From the NCBI GenBank assembly GCA_965208675.1, contig OZ242351.1:4736001-4800000 (forward strand): a stretch of 64,000 nt of DNA, read 5' to 3'. Below, piece after piece: positions 57,638 to 64,000 of the stretch (positions within the stretch are counted from its first letter, which is position 1; each line of letters starts with the position of its first letter). A model generated the notes under the pieces. It made no database searches. It was given only the letters and a program-made list of their open reading frames with translations, and was not told the origin of the DNA. Source of the stretch: Candidatus Poribacteria bacterium. Lineage in GTDB: Bacteria; Poribacteria; WGA-4E; PCPOR2b. The position numbers were made by a program, and so were the translations under genes.

Positions 57638-59542
57638 ATGCAAGTATCCACTCGGACTTTTCAGTTAAATTCTGCTGGTTGCGTCCAAATACTGATTTTA
57701 ATTGTTATTTTAGTTTGCGGCGGAGCTATCTTCGCTCAAACCCCCTCCGAAAGTCCCAAAGGTAATCACCACAAGCCAGTTATGTTCAAGGATGTTACCG
57801 CCATAGCAGGCATTCACTTCGTCCACTCGCACGGCACCCGATCATTAGATGAAACGTCCCACGGATTATATCCGGAAGATGTAGGTTCAGGAGCGTCCTT
57901 TGCTGACTACGATAATGATGGCGATCTGGATCTTTACATCGTCAATAACCCCGGCCCCTTCAACACTGAGATTACAAAATTTTCTCCAGGGAATGTTCTC
58001 TATCGCAACAACGGGGATGGTACGTTTTCCGATGTTACTACGGCGGCCGGAGTTGGCGATCAGAGCTTCGGAATGGGGGTCGTCTCTGGAGATTACGATA
58101 ACGATGGAGATTTGGATTTCTACATCACTAACTACGGTCCAAACATTCTGTACCGGAACGATGGAAATGGCGCGTTTGCCGATGTGACTACAGCGGCTGG
58201 TGTTGGGGATTCACGATGGAGTACCGGCGCAACTTTCGGAGATTATGATAACGACGGCGATTTGGATCTCTATGTGCCTAACTATCTGGACTACGATCTC
58301 AGCAAACTAGAAGCGGCGAAGCAAAAATCACTTCAATATGGGCAATATGTTCCAAGCGCGTTAAACCCAGTTGTCTTCAATCCTCAAGATAATGTACTTT
58401 ACCGAAACAACGGCGACGGCACGTTTACGGATGTAACCCGCGAGTTGGGCGTCGAAGCTCATGGCGGACGGAGTTTTCAAGCTCTCTTTACCGACTTAGA
58501 TTTGGATGGCGATATAGATTTATACATTGCAAACGATTTGTCAGCCAACACTTTGTATCGAAACGACGGGAATGGAACTTTCACAGATGTAAGCCACCAA
58601 TCATGGGCGGCAGATGTACGCGGTTCAATGGGGTTGGCAGCAGGAGATTACGACAACGACGGCGATTTAGATCTCTTTATGAGCCATTGGATGGATCAGG
58701 AAAACGCAATTTACAGGAATCTGTGGCGGGAGGAAGGCGAAATCAGCCGGACCTCGTCTTCACAGTTAATCCCGGTTCCTGACTCAGGGCGGATGTCCAA
58801 GGATACTAATCCACCAGATTGGAAAGAAGAGGGAAAGTCTCAATTGGGAAGGGATTTCTTACCTTCTGTTTCCGATGGACAGAGCACAAGGACTATTCGC
58901 TTCGTTGATGAAGCGTATAGCGCATCGCTGGGTGAGGAGAGTCTCGATTACGTCGGTTGGGGAACAGATTTATTTGATTACGATCTTGACGGCTATCTTG
59001 ACATTTTCGTCGTCAATGGACACACCTTCCCATATCTGAATCAGCGTGAGAGGCTAATTCCACAAGAAGACCAACTCTTTCGCAACCATGGAGATGGCGT
59101 TTTTGCTGATGTGACCGAGAGCGCAGGCATCACCAGCGTGCCGCGGCAGGTAGGTCGCGGCGCAGCCTTTGGCGATTACGATAACGATGGGGATGTTGAT
59201 GTCTTCATTGTTAACAATCATGATCTAGGGGTTTTATTGCGGAATGAGGGCGGAAATCGAAATAACTGGCTGCATGTTAAACTGGTCGGCACATCCGGGA
59301 ACCGTGATGCCATCGGAGCAAAAATCTGGATGAAGACTAGTGATTTAACGCAGTTCCGCGAAATCCATGCCGGTTCCAGTTTCCTATCGTGCAACAGCTT
59401 AACTGCGGAGTTGGGGTTAGGTTCGAGAAAAATAATCGATTCGCTTGAGGTAGCCTGGTTGAACGGTACGACAGCAAAATTCAGAAATATCAAGGCAAAT
59501 CAGCGGCTCATAATCGTCGAGGGAGAAGCCGCTACGCATTGA
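57638..59542 (+). CDS. CRTAC1-like FG-GAP/ASPIC-UnbV secreted protein
   Basis: DYDNDGDLD repeats, LYRNNGDGTF.DVT..AG, GRGAAFGD, N.DAIGA UnbV domain. Confidence 0.9.
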   Translation: MQVSTRTFQLNSAGCVQILILIVILVCGGAIFAQTPSESPKGNHHKPVMFKDVTAIAGIHFVHSHGTRSLDETSHGLYPEDVGSGASFADYDNDGDLDLYIVNNPGPFNTEITKFSPGNVLYRNNGDGTFSDVTTAAGVGDQSFGMGVVSGDYDNDGDLDFYITNYGPNILYRNDGNGAFADVTTAAGVGDSRWSTGATFGDYDNDGDLDLYVPNYLDYDLSKLEAAKQKSLQYGQYVPSALNPVVFNPQDNVLYRNNGDGTFTDVTRELGVEAHGGRSFQALFTDLDLDGDIDLYIANDLSANTLYRNDGNGTFTDVSHQSWAADVRGSMGLAAGDYDNDGDLDLFMSHWMDQENAIYRNLWREEGEISRTSSSQLIPVPDSGRMSKDTNPPDWKEEGKSQLGRDFLPSVSDGQSTRTIRFVDEAYSASLGEESLDYVGWGTDLFDYDLDGYLDIFVVNGHTFPYLNQRERLIPQEDQLFRNHGDGVFADVTESAGITSVPRQVGRGAAFGDYDNDGDVDVFIVNNHDLGVLLRNEGGNRNNWLHVKLVGTSGNRDAIGAKIWMKTSDLTQFREIHAGSSFLSCNSLTAELGLGSRKIIDSLEVAWLNGTTAKFRNIKANQRLIIVEGEAATH

Positions 59543-60192
59543 GAATTCATCAAGGAATCTAACGAAAAGACGAGCTACATTGGATTTAAGGGAGATGTGA
59601 CACCAGTCGAAATCAAAGTTATGCTTGGGGGTAGCATGATAACGTTAAGGACGCGGTTTATCAGAAATTTAATGTGATTTTGAATACCAACAAATACCTC
59701 CCAACCTACCAATCTTTGATCCAAATTCCCACATCTGAATATTCCTTTAGCTACCAATCCGGCCAAATGTGCAATTTCACGAGGCGGATAAACCTGTATT
59801 CTAGACTATTAGAATGAGTCCATCAATATTGCCGGCGTGTTGGGCGCACTAGTTGGCGTGGGATTGCTCTGTAAGGAAGCTGAAGATTAGCTTACACACG
59901 CATTACCGAAGAGTATAGCGGCTCCAGTATTGTTCTCTTCGCGATCCGCATGGAGAAGTCAGGAATTTTTTACTAGCCGAAATCCGGTCTCCATCCATCA
60001 AGAATTATTGTCTCGCCTCATTTGCATTGTCAATTGGCTTTGAAAAGACTCCGAGAAGGCAGTCATTCAATCCGGGCACAATTCTGTCCAGTCCATTAAG
60101 CATAACACATTTTGTTCGTAAGTCCTGACTGAGTGTGGTAGTCTACAAATCGAGGTGCAATCGAAATGAAAAATAGTGCCTCAGTATTTGAG

Positions 60193-60222
60193 TTGACGGG
60201 CTTTCAATGAGTAAGTTATAAT
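60193..60222 (+). promoter_or_regulatory. Sigma70 promoter
   Basis: TTGACG-18 nt-TATAAT, shortly upstream of the GGGAG RBS. Confidence 0.65.
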
Positions 60223-60248
60223 TCATCAACGCTTGTAGAAAAGGGAGT

Positions 60249-62513
60249 ATGATGCAATTTACGTATTTTTTGCCAGGCTGGGCAGTTGCTCTAGCGATGG
60301 CAATTGTGGCGGGCGTTACGATTTTTGCTTACTTCCGTTTACAACGATCTCTCGGCCATGGACTTAGATATATCCTAATCGGGTTAAGGGTTGCAGCCGC
60401 ATCGGTATTGTTGTTATGTTTGTTAGCGCCGGTGGTGTCTGAGAGAATAAACGTTACCCCAAAGACTAATTTCCTGATTCTGTCAGACACTTCCCAAAGC
60501 ATGAAGTTTGACGATGTGGAGTTAGACGGTCAACAAACTGACCGTTTGACCCTTGTGAATCAGCTATTATTCAATCTGTCCAGCCAACTTCTAGAGGTTC
60601 TTACGAATCAATTTGAGGTGCATCTATACCAGTTTGATACGCAAGCGCAGAAAATCGCCAACCCGCCTGCGCCGCTTGAAGCAAAAGGACGATTAACAGA
60701 TATTGCTGCCTCAATTCAGGAAGTATTCAAAGAGTGGCGTGGTCAGCGGATCGCTGGCGTAATGTTGATTACTGACGGCGCCCATAACGCATCAGCGTTT
60801 CGATACGACGGTATCGCCGATATGCAGGTGCCCCTTTACACCGTCGGCGTTGGTAATCCTAAGCCCCGCAAAGACCTGAAAATTTCAAGACTTGAAGTGA
60901 GTCCAGTCGTTTACGTGGGACATGATGCGCCCATCCGTTTCACAGTTGAACATACAGGTTACGCGGGGAGCACGATTCGTGTTTCATTGATGCAGGACGA
61001 TCGTTTAGCCGACGCAGCCTTGATTACATTGAACGAGCGACCAACTCAGGAAATCGAATTCACTTTGGATCCCCAAAAAGAGGGTGTTTTTCAATATTCC
61101 ATTACAGTGCCGACTCTTCCCGATGAACTCACGCACATGAATAACGAGACGATCTTTTCCTTAAAAGTTGTCAAAACGAAGTTTCGTGTATTGTACGTTG
61201 ATGGGCGGCCTCGTTGGGAATATACATTTCTCAAACGCATATTGGAACGGGATGCTAACATTGAATCAACCTGTATGATAATATCGAATCGCACAAACCG
61301 CCAACTTCGCGGAACGCTGCTGGAACACACCAACCAGCACTACCCGCAAACAACCGCTTTGGACCGACTGCCGTATTTTCCGGATACGATTGCCAAATTA
61401 CTAACGTACGATGTGCTAATAATAGGGGATTTGCGATCAGCTACGTTGAATAAATCACAGCACGACGCAATTGTCGATTTCGTCGAAAATCACGGTAAGG
61501 CGGTTATCTTTCTCGGTGGACGAAACTCGCTTGGCGCCAAGGGCTTGAGGGAAACTGCTTTGGAACGCTTGCTGCCGATTGTAATGCCAGCGAACGGGTG
61601 TGCTGTTCGCGATGAGGACTTCAGTCTGGAACTAACCCAACAAGGAATCTACCATCCAATTATGCGCGTGGGAGAATCGCGAGCAAAAGTTGAAGCCATT
61701 TGGAGGGACATGCCGACGCTGCCACGATGGTTCGGTAACTTCCGTCTCAGGGGTGGGGCAACCACCCTTGCGGTTCACGGGCAATCTCGGGACGAAAATG
61801 CAATGCCAATCGTCGTTTTTCAGAGATCCGGTTTAGGTAAAAGCCTCCTTATTGCAGCTGAGGGGCTGTGGAATTGGGGATTCGGGGTGTGGGGGTTCAA
61901 GGAGGAAGATGACACCTATCCTCGTTTTTGGGGAGGGGCTGTTCGCTGGATGGCATCACAACCGTATGGAAAACCCATTAATCTAACGACTGATTTGACA
62001 ACCTATCTGGTTGGAGACACGGTTCAAATTACCGTTTACGCTTATGATGAGAGCTATCGTCCTCTGGCGAATGCGGCGTTCAATATTGACGTCATTCCTC
62101 CGGACGGGCATTCGTTCCAAGTTAGTGATGCTACGAGTTCACAAATTGCGGGTGTCTACACAGCTCAGTTTGAGGTCAATCAGAAGGGAAATTATCAGAT
62201 TCGCGCCCTGGGTGTCAAAGACTATTCTTCATTAGGCGAGGATTCGACAGAAATTTTCGTTCAGCCTCCACTTGCGGAGTTTGAAAATCCACATCTTAAT
62301 GAGCCGCTGCTACAACAATTAGCTGAAAAGACGGGCGGATTTTACACTCGGATTGGTGATGTGGAATCTCTGCCCAAAAAGATTAAAGATATTGAAGAGC
62401 GAGTTTTTACTAACCAAGAACGAGATTTGTGGAACACGCCTATCATTTTGATTCTTGCGGTGGGTTTGCTGGGAGCAGAATGGTTTCTGCGAAAGCGAAG
62501 AGGCCTTGTGTAA
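60249..62513 (+). CDS. Membrane protein with vWA (MIDAS) and glutamine-amidotransferase-like domains (Bat/MoxR-associated)
   Basis: Two N-terminal TMs, DTSQSM, TD, LITDG, GRPRWEY.FL, LA..TGG, C-terminal TM ending EWFLRKRRGL. Confidence 0.8.
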   Translation: MMQFTYFLPGWAVALAMAIVAGVTIFAYFRLQRSLGHGLRYILIGLRVAAASVLLLCLLAPVVSERINVTPKTNFLILSDTSQSMKFDDVELDGQQTDRLTLVNQLLFNLSSQLLEVLTNQFEVHLYQFDTQAQKIANPPAPLEAKGRLTDIAASIQEVFKEWRGQRIAGVMLITDGAHNASAFRYDGIADMQVPLYTVGVGNPKPRKDLKISRLEVSPVVYVGHDAPIRFTVEHTGYAGSTIRVSLMQDDRLADAALITLNERPTQEIEFTLDPQKEGVFQYSITVPTLPDELTHMNNETIFSLKVVKTKFRVLYVDGRPRWEYTFLKRILERDANIESTCMIISNRTNRQLRGTLLEHTNQHYPQTTALDRLPYFPDTIAKLLTYDVLIIGDLRSATLNKSQHDAIVDFVENHGKAVIFLGGRNSLGAKGLRETALERLLPIVMPANGCAVRDEDFSLELTQQGIYHPIMRVGESRAKVEAIWRDMPTLPRWFGNFRLRGGATTLAVHGQSRDENAMPIVVFQRSGLGKSLLIAAEGLWNWGFGVWGFKEEDDTYPRFWGGAVRWMASQPYGKPINLTTDLTTYLVGDTVQITVYAYDESYRPLANAAFNIDVIPPDGHSFQVSDATSSQIAGVYTAQFEVNQKGNYQIRALGVKDYSSLGEDSTEIFVQPPLAEFENPHLNEPLLQQLAEKTGGFYTRIGDVESLPKKIKDIEERVFTNQERDLWNTPIILILAVGLLGAEWFLRKRRGLV

Positions 62514-62658
62514 AAGCAATGAGAAGTTTTCTGAATGCAGTAAAATTGTAGTTAGCTGAAAACATCTAGCCAGTCGGCGCATTTGTACCTCACGGGAATA
62601 ATGCCGGTTAAGCTGAGGTACACATGATTGACGGCCGCAATACTGATGTTGCCGTGAC

Positions 62659-63336
62659 ATGATTAAAAATCGAAAAAAGGTGTTCTTTTCATTTATCTGG
62701 GGATTAGCCGCCCTAATCGTATCCGTCCAAGCGGCGGGCGATAAATTCGTGATAGCCCAAGTTCAATACGGCGGCGGCGGAGATTGGTACGGCGATCAGA
62801 CAGTTATCGCCAACTGGCTTAAGAAGCTTCGCAGCGCCGCCAATATTGAGACTGCCGACGATCGCGTAATCACAAAGCTAACGGATCGTAACCTATATCA
62901 ATATCCGATGTTGTACATTGTCGGGCACGGTAATGTCCGCCTTACTGAGAAAGAGGTCGAGGCATTGCGTTTTTATCTAATGCGCGGTGGCTTTCTCTTC
63001 GCGAACGACGACTATGGGCTTGATAAGAGTTTTCGACGTGAAATGAGTCGTGTGTTCCCGAATCAAGAACTTCAGCCAATACATAATTCACATCTAATCT
63101 ATCACTGTTTTTATGATTTTCCGCATGGCCTGCCGAAAATTCATGAGCATGATGCTGAACCGGCGCAAGGCTTTGGGCTGTTTCACGAGGGGCGGATGGT
63201 GGTTTATTACGCCTATAGCTCAGACATTGGGGATGGGTTGGAAGATTCGGAAGTGCATCCCGATGACTCTAATGAAGTTCGTCAACTCGCCGCGAATATG
63301 GCGGTTAATATCGCAGTTTATGCGCTAACACATTAA
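62659..63336 (+). CDS. DUF4159 domain protein
   Basis: YGGGGDWY, YPMLY..GHG, GGFL...D.YG, H.IYH.FY, LPKIHEHD, DIGDG, N...YALTH. Confidence 0.85.
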   Translation: MIKNRKKVFFSFIWGLAALIVSVQAAGDKFVIAQVQYGGGGDWYGDQTVIANWLKKLRSAANIETADDRVITKLTDRNLYQYPMLYIVGHGNVRLTEKEVEALRFYLMRGGFLFANDDYGLDKSFRREMSRVFPNQELQPIHNSHLIYHCFYDFPHGLPKIHEHDAEPAQGFGLFHEGRMVVYYAYSSDIGDGLEDSEVHPDDSNEVRQLAANMAVNIAVYALTH

Positions 63337-63426
63337 TGGCCGCTAGTGCCAGCAAAAATTATTCTAACTACGTATCGCTGACCACTAATACCGCTGGAGA
63401 TGAGGGGGAAGAACAGAGGCTATAAC

Positions 63427-64000
63427 ATGTCAAATCCAACGCCTGATGCGCGCTATAGCGTAATAAAAAACCGCCTCCGACTGCTGCGAACTCAGTGGAG
63501 ATTGTTGCTGTTTTCTCATAATTTTTTGCGATGGCTTGCCTTACTCGCACTAAGTCTTGCTGCGGTGCTCATCGCCGATTCGTTAATGCAACTACCTAGC
63601 TTTCTACGAATGGGGCTGCTGTTGCTGTGGTTAGGACTTACCGTGTGTACAGCGTTTCTTTATCTATTTCGCCCGATTTTAAAAAGGCTTAGCGATAATC
63701 GTGTAGCGGCATATGTTGATGCCAGCAACTCCGATTTTGAAAACCGTTTATCGAGTGCGGTCCAACTTGAACCAGAGTTGAAAGCTAACGATTTTGGGTA
63801 TGCCATAGGCTTCATTGAGAAACTCACCCAACAGGCGCATCAATGTATCGACCGAATCGAATCAAAGCGAGTTTTCGCGAAGGAGTTGATTGAACTCAAG
63901 AAAAACGGCGGATTAGCCGCGGGCGCATTGGTTTTATTGATTCTGGTAAACCTTATTTTCCCTGCGGCATTGCAAAATTTCGTGCAAGCATTCAATGAAC
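63427..64000 (+). CDS. DUF4175-like membrane protein, 3'-truncated by the window edge
   Basis: Not in the ORF track. Manual translation MSNPTPDARYSVIKNRLRLLRTQWRLL...LP..LR...FENRLSSAVQL, open to the end; GAGG RBS. Confidence 0.75.
   Translation, partial: MSNPTPDARYSVIKNRLRLLRTQWRLLLFSHNFLRWLALLALSLAAVLIADSLMQLPSFLRMGLLLLWLGLTVCTAFLYLFRPILKRLSDNRVAAYVDASNSDFENRLSSAVQLEPELKANDFGYAIGFIEKLTQQAHQCIDRIESKRVFAKELIELKKNGGLAAGALVLLILVNLIFPAALQNFVQAFNE

Noticed and set aside
59543-60190. Gene or RNA in the 650-nt gap after the CRTAC1-like gene
   Set aside because: Only a 63-aa ORF without RBS or recognisable motif, and no tRNA or ncRNA signature seen.

Overview
Bacterial chromosomal window, probably from Candidatus Poribacteria. 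This is inferred from a WD40 protein ending in the LLQNYPNPFNPETWIPYQL FlgD-Ig-like domain, LamG/PD40 proteins with a C-terminal 'AVxPxxKLxxxWxxIK' motif, three PhyH paralogues and two CRTAC1-like proteins. Housekeeping genes are folB, a ppiD-like PPIase, ino1, nadC and rho-rpmE-prfA-prmC; a Bat/MoxR-type membrane operon begins at the right end. No rRNA, tRNA or CRISPR array was seen. Four things stand out. (1) An ElbD-like reductase-adenylation-ACP-acyltransferase megaenzyme with HAD, LarA-like and Zn-dehydrogenase neighbours, a candidate ether-lipid pathway whose adenylation motifs are degenerate. (2) Two tandem ECF-sigma/membrane-anchor fusion modules sharing a near-identical 225-bp sigma4-linker block, an internal in-frame RBS+ATG and a conserved promoter, but with unrelated C-termini and downstream genes. 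(3) A family of REP-like hairpins with a dispersed ~35-bp companion repeat and 29-nt/21-nt tandem amplifications of one hairpin arm. (4) A shared C-terminal putative sorting motif on unrelated exported proteins. All family calls come from motif recognition by eye; no database search was run.
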